Below, piece by piece: positions 29,185 through 38,908 of a DNA stretch of 64,000 bases; the first letter of the stretch is position 1; each line of letters opens with the position of its first letter. The position numbers were made by a program, and so were the translations under genes. Below the pieces are notes generated by a model, which worked only from the letters and a program-made list of their open reading frames with translations, did no database searches and was not told the origin of the DNA. Origin of the DNA: an uncultured Fibrobacterota bacterium (lineage in GTDB: Bacteria > Fibrobacterota > Chitinivibrionia > Chitinivibrionales > FEN-1185); NCBI GenBank assembly GCA_963729895.1, contig CAVSQB010000019.1:64001-128000 (forward strand). Direction: 5' to 3'.

Positions 29185-30033
29185 ATGTTTGACATACTCC
29201 ATTACGAATTCATGCGCAACGCCCTGCTTGCGGGCGTGCTGGTGAGCGTCGCGTGCGGCGTGGTGGGCAGCCTTGTGGTGGTGAACCGGCTTTCGTCGCT
29301 CTCCGGCGGCATCGCGCACGCGGCGTACGGCGGGCTCGGCCTTGCCGTGTTTTTCCGCTGGCCCCTGCTGGCCGGCGCCATGCTGTTTTCCCTTGCCGCG
29401 TCGTGGATCATGGGCTACGTGACCGCCGAAAAGAAGGAACGGGCCGACACCACCATCGGCGTGGTGTGGGCGCTGGGCATGGCGTTCGGCATCCTCATGA
29501 TCGATTTGACAAAGGGGTACTTTGTCGACCTCATGAGCTACCTGTTCGGCAGCATCCTTGCCGTGCCCGGCCAGAGCATTTTTTTCATGGCCGGGCTCGA
29601 CGCTGTCATCCTCGTCGCCACGCTGCTTCTCTACAAGGAGCTGGTGGCGCTCTCCTACGACGAGGAATTCGCGCTTATCAGCGGTGTCCCGGTGCGCGTG
29701 CTGTACTACCTGGTACTCATCCTCATCGCGCTGTGCGTGGTGGTCCTCATACGCGTGGTGGGACTCATTCTGGTTATCGCCCTGTTTACCATTCCCGCGT
29801 CCATCGCAGAGCTGTTTACTAGGAAGCTCAGCCGGATCATGCTGGTTTCGAGCCTGCTTGGCATGGCGTTCACCATTTCGGGACTGTTCCTCTCCTACTA
29901 TTTCAACCTGACCTCGGGCGCCACCATCATCCTCGTGGCGGGAGTGTGCTATTTTGCGGCCGTGCTCGTCAAAAGGCTGGCCAAAAAATCCGCCCGCCTT
30001 GCCGCCCCTTCCGCGCCGGACACGGAACCGTGA
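29185..30033 (+). CDS. znuB: Zn/Mn ABC transporter permease
   Basis: [22 protein letters not shown]; multiple TMs. Confidence 0.88.
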   Translation: MFDILHYEFMRNALLAGVLVSVACGVVGSLVVVNRLSSLSGGIAHAAYGGLGLAVFFRWPLLAGAMLFSLAASWIMGYVTAEKKERADTTIGVVWALGMAFGILMIDLTKGYFVDLMSYLFGSILAVPGQSIFFMAGLDAVILVATLLLYKELVALSYDEEFALISGVPVRVLYYLVLILIALCVVVLIRVVGLILVIALFTIPASIAELFTRKLSRIMLVSSLLGMAFTISGLFLSYYFNLTSGATIILVAGVCYFAAVLVKRLAKKSARLAAPSAPDTEP

Positions 30034-30533
30034 AAGCGCGTCCCTCCGACAAACGCCGCTCCGGGGAGTCCTCTGCCGGGACGCTCGGCGGCTTGCTTGC
30101 GAAAAGAAAACTGTCGGTTTCGGTGGCGGAGTCGTGCACCGGCGGCATGATCGGCGCCGCGCTCACCTCCGTGCCGGGTTCGTCTGCATGGTTCAGGGGC
30201 GGCGTTATCGCCTACGCAAACACGGTGAAGCAGCGGCTGCTGGGCGTTCCGTCCTCCATTCTTGACAAAAAAGGAGCGGTGAGCGCGGAAACGGTGGAGG
30301 CCATGGCGCGCGGAGCGCAACGTCTGTTTGCAACGGATTGCGCCCTTGCCGTGTCGGGCGTGGCGGGACCGGGCGGAGGAACGAAGGAAAAACCGGTGGG
30401 GCTCGTGTATGTGGGATTGGCGTGCGGGAAGAAGGTGCGGAGCTTTGAATATCGCTTTCGGGGGGACCGGCGGGAGATCAGGGAGCGGGCGGTGCGGGAG
30501 GCAATTAAGATGATGATTGAGACAATGGGATAA
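30030..30533 (+). CDS. CinA/PncC-family NMN deamidase
   Basis: AESCTGG, GSSAWF, GAVS and [16 protein letters not shown] motifs. Confidence 0.9.
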   Translation: MKARPSDKRRSGESSAGTLGGLLAKRKLSVSVAESCTGGMIGAALTSVPGSSAWFRGGVIAYANTVKQRLLGVPSSILDKKGAVSAETVEAMARGAQRLFATDCALAVSGVAGPGGGTKEKPVGLVYVGLACGKKVRSFEYRFRGDRREIRERAVREAIKMMIETMG

Positions 30534-30569
30534 AAACCTGGGCGCCCCGCAAACAATAGAAGTAATGCT

Positions 30570-30725
30570 GGGCGTTCCCTTTGCCTTCGTCAAGACGAAG
30601 GCAAAGGTCGGTTCTTCCTTCGGGCTCGGCCTAAGGGCCTCGGTGCCGCCTGCCCCTACCGCCTTCGGCGAGGGGTCAGGCGGTACTCCCGCTTTGGCGG
30701 GACCACTTCGGTCGCCCCTAACGCG
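30570..30725 (+). repeat. Structured intergenic repeat, copy F
   Basis: GGGCGTTCCC...CCCCTAACGCG; convergent with copy G. Confidence 0.88.
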
Positions 30726-30787
30726 GGGCAGAAGAGCGTCCCCGTAATTGTCAAAATCCACACCGCTGGTTCTGAATTCTCGCTTTT

Positions 30788-31034
30788 CGCGTTAGGCAGG
30801 ACTGGAGGCCGCGCTGGAGGGCGGTGCCGCCCGGACCCGGCCGCTGCTTGTCGAATGCCGCTCCCCTCGATACATCCCCGTGTCGACACATCCATAGAGT
30901 GGACTACTCGACGATCAGCGGGACACTCGGGGAGCGGTATATCGAGACACAGCGGCATAGGGCCGAGGCGGCCCGAGGCCTTGGCCGAGCCCGCAGGGAG
31001 AACCGACCCTTCTCTGCAGAGAAGGGGAACGCCC
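30788..31034 (-). repeat. Structured intergenic repeat, copy G, with a ~100-nt nested insert
   Basis: Family termini, plus extra palindromes in the innermost loop. Confidence 0.85.
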
Positions 31035-31056
31035 AGACATTTACTTTTACGAACTT

Positions 31057-31842
31057 CTACATCCAGCCCAAAATCGAATACGCGATAATGCCGTAGTACT
31101 CGTGCAGGGCGTTGGCGGATTCGAACAATGCCTCCACGCTGGGGAAAAACGAAAACAGGTTCCACTGGAATGAAGCGTCTGCGCGAAAATCGGCCGCAGA
31201 GGGATACACAACGCATCCGCACTTTCTGAATATCCTGACGGACCGGTACATGTGCACGGCGCTTGTCACAAGAATAACCTCCCTCTTCATGCCCCGCGCC
31301 TGCAGGATTTTCTCCGTGTTCAGCGCATTGTCGTGCGTGTTTTCCGCTTTGTCTTCGATGATGATGCCGGACGAGTCCACGCCGCAGTCGTTGCGCAGGA
31401 TGCTCGCCATGCACCAGGCCTCTGAACCGGGGAAATTATAGACAAACGAGAGCTTGCCGCCCGTGCAGATGATGACGGGCGCCAGCCCCTGTTTGAACAG
31501 CCGGGCGGCGTGCAGAACCCTGTCGCCCGCGCAGCTCACCTCCACGCTGGTCCGTGGAGGCACGGCAGGCCTGGTGCACCCGCCGAGCAGCACGATGGCC
31601 GGGGCCTTCGGCAGGTTCACCGGCTTGTCAAATTTACTTTCGAGACTCCTCACCAGGACGAACGTGATTGCCGGGCAGGAAAAGAACCAGAGCACGGCGG
31701 CAGACGCAAATGCCAGCGCCACCGCGGCTTTCCTTTTGTTTTTGAGGGCGGCGATGCCGGCCGCGACACCGCACAAGCCTGCGAGGCCGACCGGATACAT
31801 GAGAAGCGGACCGATTTTGGAGAGAAGGGTGAGCATACTCAC
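31057..31842 (-). CDS. YdcF/DUF218 (ElyC-like) protein
   Basis: AIVLLGG, TGG, EDKAENTHDNA, LVTSAVHMYRS and HEYYG motifs. Confidence 0.88.
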   Translation of the reverse strand: MSMLTLLSKIGPLLMYPVGLAGLCGVAAGIAALKNKRKAAVALAFASAAVLWFFSCPAITFVLVRSLESKFDKPVNLPKAPAIVLLGGCTRPAVPPRTSVEVSCAGDRVLHAARLFKQGLAPVIICTGGKLSFVYNFPGSEAWCMASILRNDCGVDSSGIIIEDKAENTHDNALNTEKILQARGMKREVILVTSAVHMYRSVRIFRKCGCVVYPSAADFRADASFQWNLFSFFPSVEALFESANALHEYYGIIAYSILGWM

Positions 31843-33722
31843 GCAAACATGTTGCTGATCATTTCGTCGAACGTAGGGCCGACCATTTCCGGAATGAGAA
31901 CGTGTATGTCCTGATAGAGCGCCTTGATATTGCCGAGCTCAACGTTCGATTTGAGGTCGTGCACAAACCGTTCGATGCGGTGCGGATCGAAGTTCTGGTT
32001 GCGCTGCAGCCGGATCTTGCTGAACTGCGTCTGGACCAGGTTCTCCGATGCGGTAAGGAGCTCCTCGTTGACTTTCTCGCCCGGCCGCATGCCCGTGAAC
32101 ACGATGTCGATGTCGGCGCCCACCTTGAGCCCGGACAGCTCGATGAGGTTCTTTGCCAGGTCCACGATCCTGATGGGTTCGCCCATTTCGAGCATGAAGA
32201 TGGCGTTCGATTCGTTGAGCGTTGACGCCTGCAACACGAGCTGCACGGCCTCGGGAATGGACATGAAGAACCGCCGCGTTTCGGGGCTCGTCACCGTCAC
32301 CGGCCCGCCGTCGCGGATCTGCTTTTGGAACAGGGGAATCACGCTGCCGCTCGACCCGAGCACGTTGCCGAAGCGCACGATGTTGAACAGCGTGCCCGAC
32401 TTGTGGCGTTCGAGCACCACGCGCTCGGCAAGGCGCTTGGAAATCCCCATCATGCCCTTGGGGTTGACCGCCTTGTCGGTTGAGATCATCACGAATTGCT
32501 TGACGCCGTGACGTTCCGCAAGCGACGCGAGCATCGCGGTCCCTATCACGTTGTTCTTGAGCGCGGCGAGCGGGTTCCATTCCATGAGATGCACGTGCTT
32601 GTAGGCCGCGGCGTGATAGATGTAATCGATGGGGTAGCGCCGCATGAGAAGGTCCATGAACCCGGTATCGAGCATGTTGCCCACCACGGTGTGGATCACC
32701 ACGTCGGGATGGCTCTTCTTGAGGTCCTGGTCGAGATCGTAGGCGTTCTGCTCTCCTGCGTCAAGCAGGATGAGCCGGGCGGGCCGGTAGGCCGCCACCT
32801 GGTACGACAGTTCGGAGCCGATGGACCCGCCCGCGCCCGTGATGAGCACGGTCTTGGCCGCCAGTTGCCTGCGCACGTGCGTGTCGTCGAGCGTGATGTT
32901 GGGGCGCGACAGAAGGTCGTTGATGGACACGTCGCGGATCTGGTTGACCTGGAACTTCCCGCTCATGATGTCGAGCATGGAAGGTACGATCTTGAACTTT
33001 ACGTCCCATTCCGGTATCTTGGACGCCTCGATGATCTCGCCGACCATTTTGTTGGTTGCCTCGGGTATGGCGATGAACACCTCGCGGACCCGGTGTTTCT
33101 TGATATGCACCTTTATGGCGGAAATATCGCCGAGCACCTTAAGGCCCTGGAGACGCTGGCCGTGCGTGGCCAAGTCCTTGTCGATGAAACCGACGGGAAT
33201 ATATTCCCTGTTCTTTGACGACTTGAGGGTCTTGACCAGTTCGTTTCCGGCATTCCCTGCGCCCACGATGAGTATGTTGCGCGCCGTTTCGCTTTCCGGC
33301 ACAAACGATTCCCGGAAAATACGGATGCCAAAACGGGTGCCGCCGTTGAGCAGGATGAACAACGCGGCATCGATCACGTAAATCGAGCGCGGATAGCCGT
33401 GAAAATGCTCGCTGAAAACAATGATGAACATGAAGACCAGGGACGAAAGCCCGGAGGTCTTGACAATGTCCGCAAGATCGTCGACGCTTACGTACCGCCA
33501 GATTCCCTGGTACAGATTGAAGATTGCGGAAAATATGAGAAAGACCGCGATGTTTATGGGCAGGGAATGGAAGAAAAGCAGCGGATACATCTTCTGGCCG
33601 AGCGTGAAATCGAAGCGAAGCAGGAACGCGATGAACAACGCGACGGCGGCAAAAACGGCGTGCATCAGGATGATGAGAACCAGCCGGTATCGTATGATCA
33701 GATTGGGAAAGGGGACGGTCAT
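31839..33722 (-). CDS. Membrane-bound nucleoside-diphosphate sugar 4,6-dehydratase (PglF/CapD type)
   Basis: 4 TMs; ITGAGGSIGSEL, HAAAYKHV, ISTDKAV and RFGNVLGSSGSV motifs. Confidence 0.93.
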   Translation of the reverse strand: MTVPFPNLIIRYRLVLIILMHAVFAAVALFIAFLLRFDFTLGQKMYPLLFFHSLPINIAVFLIFSAIFNLYQGIWRYVSVDDLADIVKTSGLSSLVFMFIIVFSEHFHGYPRSIYVIDAALFILLNGGTRFGIRIFRESFVPESETARNILIVGAGNAGNELVKTLKSSKNREYIPVGFIDKDLATHGQRLQGLKVLGDISAIKVHIKKHRVREVFIAIPEATNKMVGEIIEASKIPEWDVKFKIVPSMLDIMSGKFQVNQIRDVSINDLLSRPNITLDDTHVRRQLAAKTVLITGAGGSIGSELSYQVAAYRPARLILLDAGEQNAYDLDQDLKKSHPDVVIHTVVGNMLDTGFMDLLMRRYPIDYIYHAAAYKHVHLMEWNPLAALKNNVIGTAMLASLAERHGVKQFVMISTDKAVNPKGMMGISKRLAERVVLERHKSGTLFNIVRFGNVLGSSGSVIPLFQKQIRDGGPVTVTSPETRRFFMSIPEAVQLVLQASTLNESNAIFMLEMGEPIRIVDLAKNLIELSGLKVGADIDIVFTGMRPGEKVNEELLTASENLVQTQFSKIRLQRNQNFDPHRIERFVHDLKSNVELGNIKALYQDIHVLIPEMVGPTFDEMISNMFA

Positions 33723-33802
33723 AGGGAGGCTTTATTTGTCTGTGTGTGTTTTTGGAGCTACTTGTCTAAAATAGAATCTGCTAAATACAAAAGCATCAAA
33801 GG

Positions 33803-34276
33803 GGGGAAGTTTACCCCGTCGGGTACTTCCAAGGGGCGTCCCCCTCGCTTCAGCCCACGCAGACGCGCGGTCTTGCGCTACCCCCTTCCGGGTGGCCGCC
33901 TTGACAAGGCAGATGCTAGGTAATGCATTGTTGTGGCGGCACCCACGGAGAGCCCTTGAAAAGTTGAAGCGTTGAATTGTTGAAAAGCCCACGCCCGAAA
34001 ACCGGACGAAAGTGAATGAGTGTCATTGCGAGCGCAGCAAAGCAATCTCCGGTTGAATATATGACAGAATTGTTTCTTGCTTTGTGATTTTATTTGTCTT
34101 CGTAGTCGCGAAGCGACGTTCAACTAAGGTTGCGTTGCGAAGGGGCGACGCCGCGCGAGCGCGAGTCGAGCGCTCCAGGCGCGCCTCTTTGCTGGAGGGG
34201 GTGTGCCCCGAGACCCGCAGACCGGAGGTCGAGGAGGCTTGGGGCCAGGGGGAAACGCGAAACGGTGCCCCCGCCA
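33803..34276. repeat. Cluster of several palindromic/REP-like repeats
   Basis: GC hairpins at 33803-33900 and 34130-34276, GTTGAA octamer run at 33956-33987, GTCATTGCGAGCGCAGC motif at 34022. Confidence 0.5.
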
Positions 34277-34290
34277 GATTTTCCATCTAT

Positions 34291-35421
34291 TTATTTCACA
34301 CTCTTTACAATTGCAACCACCCTCTTTATGTCCTCATCACTCATCGCGGTCCCCGACGGCAGGCACAGCCCATTTGCAAAGAGGTTCTCCGACACCCCAT
34401 TGACATACGCGGGGGCGCCGGAAAACACGGGCTGCAGGTGCATCGGCTTCCACAGGGGGCGGCTCTCGATGTTTTCCTTTTCGAGCGCCAGCCTCGCGTC
34501 TTCGGAAGTAAAGCCGGCCCTGCGCGGGTCTATGGTGAGGCATGTGAGCCAGCGATTCGATTTTCCCCAGTCCGCCTCGGGCATGAAGGAGATGCCCCCG
34601 ACGCCGGACAGCCTTTGCCGGTAGGAATCGAATATCCTTCGCTTCGCCCCGACTCTCTCCTGTAAAGCTGCAAGCTGGCCCCTGCCGATGGCCGCGCAGA
34701 CGTTGCTCATGCGGTAATTGTATCCTATATGCGAATGCTCGTAGTGCGGCGCAGGGTCGCGCGCCTGGGTGGCAAGGAACCGCGCCGTGTCGACCAGTTC
34801 TTTTTCGGCCGAGACCAGCATGCCGCCGCCCGACGTGGTGACGATCTTGTTGCCGTTGAACGAAAATATGCCGATGCGGCCCAACGTGCCCGTACTTTTC
34901 CCCTTATACGTTCCGCCCAGCGATTCCGCGGCATCTTCGATGAGCGTTATGCCGTAACGGGTGCATATATCCATGATGGGATCGAGGTCCGCGCTCTGGC
35001 CGTAGAGGTGCACCACGATTGCCGCGGCCACGCGCTTTCCCTTTTCCCGCCTGCTCTTTATTGCCTGTTCCAGGAGCTGCGGGTCCATGTTCCACGACCG
35101 CTCCTCGGCGTCGATAAACACGGGCGTTGCGCCCTGGTACACCACGGGAAAGGCGCTCCCGGCAAACGTAAACGTCGAGCACATCACCTCGTCGCCGCTC
35201 TTGACACCCGCAAGTATCGCCGCAAGGTGGAGCGCGGCGGTGCCCGAGCTCACCGCGGCCGCGTAAGAAGCGCCGGTCGCGCCGCAGAACTCCTTTTCAA
35301 ACGCGTCGACCTGCGGGCCTATGGGCGCGATCCAGTTGGAGGCAAACGCGTCGTGGACGTAGGTGAGTTCCTTGCCGCCCAAATGCGGCGGGCTCAGATA
35401 GATGCGTTGAGGATTGGGCAT
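34291..35421 (-). CDS. DegT/DnrJ aminotransferase (PglE/EpsN-like)
   Basis: IYLSPPH, SGTAALHLA, EDAAESLG and SFNGNKIVTTSGGG motifs. Confidence 0.93.
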   Translation of the reverse strand: MPNPQRIYLSPPHLGGKELTYVHDAFASNWIAPIGPQVDAFEKEFCGATGASYAAAVSSGTAALHLAAILAGVKSGDEVMCSTFTFAGSAFPVVYQGATPVFIDAEERSWNMDPQLLEQAIKSRREKGKRVAAAIVVHLYGQSADLDPIMDICTRYGITLIEDAAESLGGTYKGKSTGTLGRIGIFSFNGNKIVTTSGGGMLVSAEKELVDTARFLATQARDPAPHYEHSHIGYNYRMSNVCAAIGRGQLAALQERVGAKRRIFDSYRQRLSGVGGISFMPEADWGKSNRWLTCLTIDPRRAGFTSEDARLALEKENIESRPLWKPMHLQPVFSGAPAYVNGVSENLFANGLCLPSGTAMSDEDIKRVVAIVKSVK

Positions 35422-35444
35422 TGGGAGAGTTGAATAGTTGAAAA

Positions 35445-37087
35445 CCTGATTCCGTGAGATAAGGTTATTAAAAACAAATTGACGGCGTTGACAAGAACGA
35501 ATATGGTTGCTAAGGCTTCTTGATAAGTTGTTGCCGGGGTGATTCCACTATGATTTGCGCTTCTGACCCCATGGTTGACAAATACACTCAACGTGTCGGT
35601 GGCGACGTTTGTTTGGTTACGGGTCTATTTCCGTTTATTGCTCTCCTTAGGTCAGCCATCCGTGGCGAACGCCAGATACGTTTGCGTCCACGCTATGCGG
35701 AGTTGATTCCGCCGCGACAGGGCAAGCATCAACCGGCGGGCATGCGTTATCACGCGTGCTGCTATGTACATAAGATCCTGAATGACCTTCCGCAATCTCC
35801 GGCGTGCAACTTTCTTACGCGGCACGTACCCCTTGTCGATTCCAACTTGGCCGCAGAGCCGCAGCATGTTGAACGCAAGAACCGCCAACGTCAACACCAA
35901 TGCGTTGGTCGTGAACTTCCCGCTGGGAAGCCGCTCCAGCGCCATATCACTCTTCAGCTCCGAGTGAAACTGCTCGCTGGTGCCATGATCCCGGTACGCT
36001 GCAATAACGTCGTCCGGGCCGGCGTTGCGTCTGCTCAGGCTCGTCCACCACGTGTGAACCTCTACATCCGGCAGCAGCAAGGCGTTTCCGTCGCGGTCGA
36101 TTGTCCGTTCGATCACCTCGAACACAACGCGCATGTTTTCGCCGTTTCTTTCCCGTATTGTCTCACCAACGTACACGGTCTTGCCTTCACGAGGATGACG
36201 CCAGTCACCGAGCGCTTGAGCATCCACGAGCCATTCGTCAATAGATTCCCTGCGTATGTTCCGTTTGATTATGTAATCGACCTTTTCCTTGCGGCAGACT
36301 CGCATGTTTTCAATATCGTCATGTCCGGCATCAAGACGCACAAGGATCGAACGATCCGTTATTTTTCGAGCAAGGGCTATGGTCTTGCGCAGAAACTCCG
36401 GAGTTCCTTCCTGGCAATGTTGTTTCCCTTCGCGCAACTCCGCGTTCAGCAGGTAGCCTTCCACGCCTATGTAGGCAAGCATCGGAGAATATCCCTCGAA
36501 CAACTTGTACGTGCAGCTTACGCCTTCCTTATGAGAACCACTGTTGTCAAAAGGAGATACGTCAGCGTCAATCGGAATATACGGTCCAAAGCAGGCGGTG
36601 AGCCGTGGCGCTGCTTTTTTCAACAGGGACGCCGAAGCGGAAAGGACTGCGTTTTGAACGGTCAGGCCCGTTTCGTCCATTCGCTGCCGCAGTGTAGCCT
36701 CGGAAGGAACCGCTTTCAATCCAAGCATCTCCTGAAAATAGTCGTCTTCACGAAACTGCTCGACCCCGTCAAAGTCTGGTTTGGCAAGACACAAAAGCCC
36801 CGTCATGGTCAGCAGCGCGTCCGCGGTGCTTATACTCCCGCTCTTCTTGTCCGGAGTAACCTGCGAAACACGCTCGCGCAAACCGGATCGCTCCGCAAGC
36901 ATCCCGATCATTGCCATTCCACCATGGCTGGTCAGAAACTCGTCCGTCTCCGTGATTATCAACTTTCTCGGCTTTGGCATGACACCTTCCGGGTGAATAA
37001 TGTGAACTGCCATTTAGTCAAGCACCATTCACCCTTAATCTACACGAAAAATCATCAAAATGCCAAAGTTTTTCTCACGGATTTAGG
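35445..37087 (-). mobile_element. IS1380-family element, copy 1 (1643 bp)
   Basis: 15-bp imperfect TIRs CCTGATTCCGTGAGA / CCTAAATCCGTGAGA; TGAAAA duplicated on both sides. Confidence 0.93.
35652..37013 (-). CDS. IS1380-family transposase
   Basis: LTSHGG, PSEATLRQR, IDAD, GY.P, VRLDAG and YRDHGTSEQFHSELK motifs. Confidence 0.93.
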   Translation of the reverse strand: MAVHIIHPEGVMPKPRKLIITETDEFLTSHGGMAMIGMLAERSGLRERVSQVTPDKKSGSISTADALLTMTGLLCLAKPDFDGVEQFREDDYFQEMLGLKAVPSEATLRQRMDETGLTVQNAVLSASASLLKKAAPRLTACFGPYIPIDADVSPFDNSGSHKEGVSCTYKLFEGYSPMLAYIGVEGYLLNAELREGKQHCQEGTPEFLRKTIALARKITDRSILVRLDAGHDDIENMRVCRKEKVDYIIKRNIRRESIDEWLVDAQALGDWRHPREGKTVYVGETIRERNGENMRVVFEVIERTIDRDGNALLLPDVEVHTWWTSLSRRNAGPDDVIAAYRDHGTSEQFHSELKSDMALERLPSGKFTTNALVLTLAVLAFNMLRLCGQVGIDKGYVPRKKVARRRLRKVIQDLMYIAARVITHARRLMLALSRRNQLRIAWTQTYLAFATDG

Positions 37088-37179
37088 TGAAAAGTTTAAA
37101 AGTTGAATAGTTTAAGAGTTAAAAAAGGCAAACAACAAAGCCGAATGGTTAGAAAGTTTAAAAGTTGAACAGTTTAAGA

Positions 37180-38822
37180 CCTGATTCCGTGAGATAAGGT
37201 TATTAAAAACAAATTGACGGCGTTGACAAGAACGAATATGGTTGCTAAGGCTTCTTGATAAGTTGTTGCCGGGGTGATTCCACTATGATTTGCGCTTCTG
37301 ACCCCATGGTTGACAAATACACTCAACGTGTCGGTGGCGACGTTTGTTTGGTTACGGGTCTATTTCCGTTTATTGCTCTCCTTAGGTCAGCCATCCGTGG
37401 CGAACGCCAGATACGTTTGCGTCCACGCTATGCGGAGTTGATTCCGCCGCGACAGGGCAAGCATCAACCGGCGGGCATGCGTTATCACGCGTGCTGCTAT
37501 GTACATAAGATCCTGAATGACCTTCCGCAATCTCCGGCGTGCAACTTTCTTACGCGGCACGTACCCCTTGTCGATTCCAACTTGGCCGCAGAGCCGCAGC
37601 ATGTTGAACGCAAGAACCGCCAACGTCAACACCAATGCGTTGGTCGTGAACTTCCCGCTGGGAAGCCGCTCCAGCGCCATATCACTCTTCAGCTCCGAGT
37701 GAAACTGCTCGCTGGTGCCATGATCCCGGTACGCTGCAATAACGTCGTCCGGGCCGGCGTTGCGTCTGCTCAGGCTCGTCCACCACGTGTGAACCTCTAC
37801 ATCCGGCAGCAGCAAGGCGTTTCCGTCGCGGTCGATTGTCCGTTCGATCACCTCGAACACAACGCGCATGTTTTCGCCGTTTCTTTCCCGTATTGTCTCA
37901 CCAACGTACACGGTCTTGCCTTCACGAGGATGACGCCAGTCACCGAGCGCTTGAGCATCCACGAGCCATTCGTCAATAGATTCCCTGCGTATGTTCCGTT
38001 TGATTATGTAATCGACCTTTTCCTTGCGGCAGACTCGCATGTTTTCAATATCGTCATGTCCGGCATCAAGACGCACAAGGATCGAACGATCCGTTATTTT
38101 TCGAGCAAGGGCTATGGTCTTGCGCAGAAACTCCGGAGTTCCTTCCTGGCAATGTTGTTTCCCTTCGCGCAACTCCGCGTTCAGCAGGTAGCCTTCCACG
38201 CCTATGTAGGCAAGCATCGGAGAATATCCCTCGAACAACTTGTACGTGCAGCTTACGCCTTCCTTATGAGAACCACTGTTGTCAAAAGGAGATACGTCAG
38301 CGTCAATCGGAATATACGGTCCAAAGCAGGCGGTGAGCCGTGGCGCTGCTTTTTTCAACAGGGACGCCGAAGCGGAAAGGACTGCGTTTTGAACGGTCAG
38401 GCCCGTTTCGTCCATTCGCTGCCGCAGTGTAGCCTCGGAAGGAACCGCTTTCAATCCAAGCATCTCCTGAAAATAGTCGTCTTCACGAAACTGCTCGACC
38501 CCGTCAAAGTCTGGTTTGGCAAGACACAAAAGCCCCGTCATGGTCAGCAGCGCGTCCGCGGTGCTTATACTCCCGCTCTTCTTGTCCGGAGTAACCTGCG
38601 AAACACGCTCGCGCAAACCGGATCGCTCCGCAAGCATCCCGATCATTGCCATTCCACCATGGCTGGTCAGAAACTCGTCCGTCTCCGTGATTATCAACTT
38701 TCTCGGCTTTGGCATGACACCTTCCGGGTGAATAATGTGAACTGCCATTTAGTCAAGCACCATTCACCCTTAATCTACACGAAAAATCATCAAAATGCCA
38801 AAGTTTTTCTCACGGATTTAGG
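37180..38822 (-). mobile_element. IS1380-family element, copy 2 (1643 bp)
   Basis: Same ends and transposase as copy 1; TSD TAAGA. Confidence 0.93.
37387..38748 (-). CDS. IS1380-family transposase
   Basis: Identical 453-aa protein. Confidence 0.93.
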   Translation of the reverse strand: MAVHIIHPEGVMPKPRKLIITETDEFLTSHGGMAMIGMLAERSGLRERVSQVTPDKKSGSISTADALLTMTGLLCLAKPDFDGVEQFREDDYFQEMLGLKAVPSEATLRQRMDETGLTVQNAVLSASASLLKKAAPRLTACFGPYIPIDADVSPFDNSGSHKEGVSCTYKLFEGYSPMLAYIGVEGYLLNAELREGKQHCQEGTPEFLRKTIALARKITDRSILVRLDAGHDDIENMRVCRKEKVDYIIKRNIRRESIDEWLVDAQALGDWRHPREGKTVYVGETIRERNGENMRVVFEVIERTIDRDGNALLLPDVEVHTWWTSLSRRNAGPDDVIAAYRDHGTSEQFHSELKSDMALERLPSGKFTTNALVLTLAVLAFNMLRLCGQVGIDKGYVPRKKVARRRLRKVIQDLMYIAARVITHARRLMLALSRRNQLRIAWTQTYLAFATDG

Positions 38823-38908
38823 TAAGAGTTAAGAAAAGCAAACAACAAAACCGAATGGTTGAAAAGTCTAAAAGTTGAATAGTTGAAAAGCTGAAAACCA
38901 AAGTTGGG

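Noticed and set aside
29949..30761. ORFs running across the structured repeats (also 39914-40276, 10841-11143, 28882-29161, 353-565)
   Set aside because: Shared peptides such as VGSSFGLGL.ASVPPAPTAFG simply reflect the GC-rich DNA repeat; frames and starts are not conserved between copies.
35520..37106. 515-528-aa antisense ORFs spanning each IS1380 (also 37255-38832 and 47606-49153)
   Set aside because: They lie opposite a well-formed transposase, have no recognisable motifs, and end at different points outside the element; treated as shadow ORFs.
35445..38822. Tandem IS1380 as an assembly artefact or composite transposon
   Set aside because: Each copy has its own TSD, and only 92 bp without a passenger gene lies between them.
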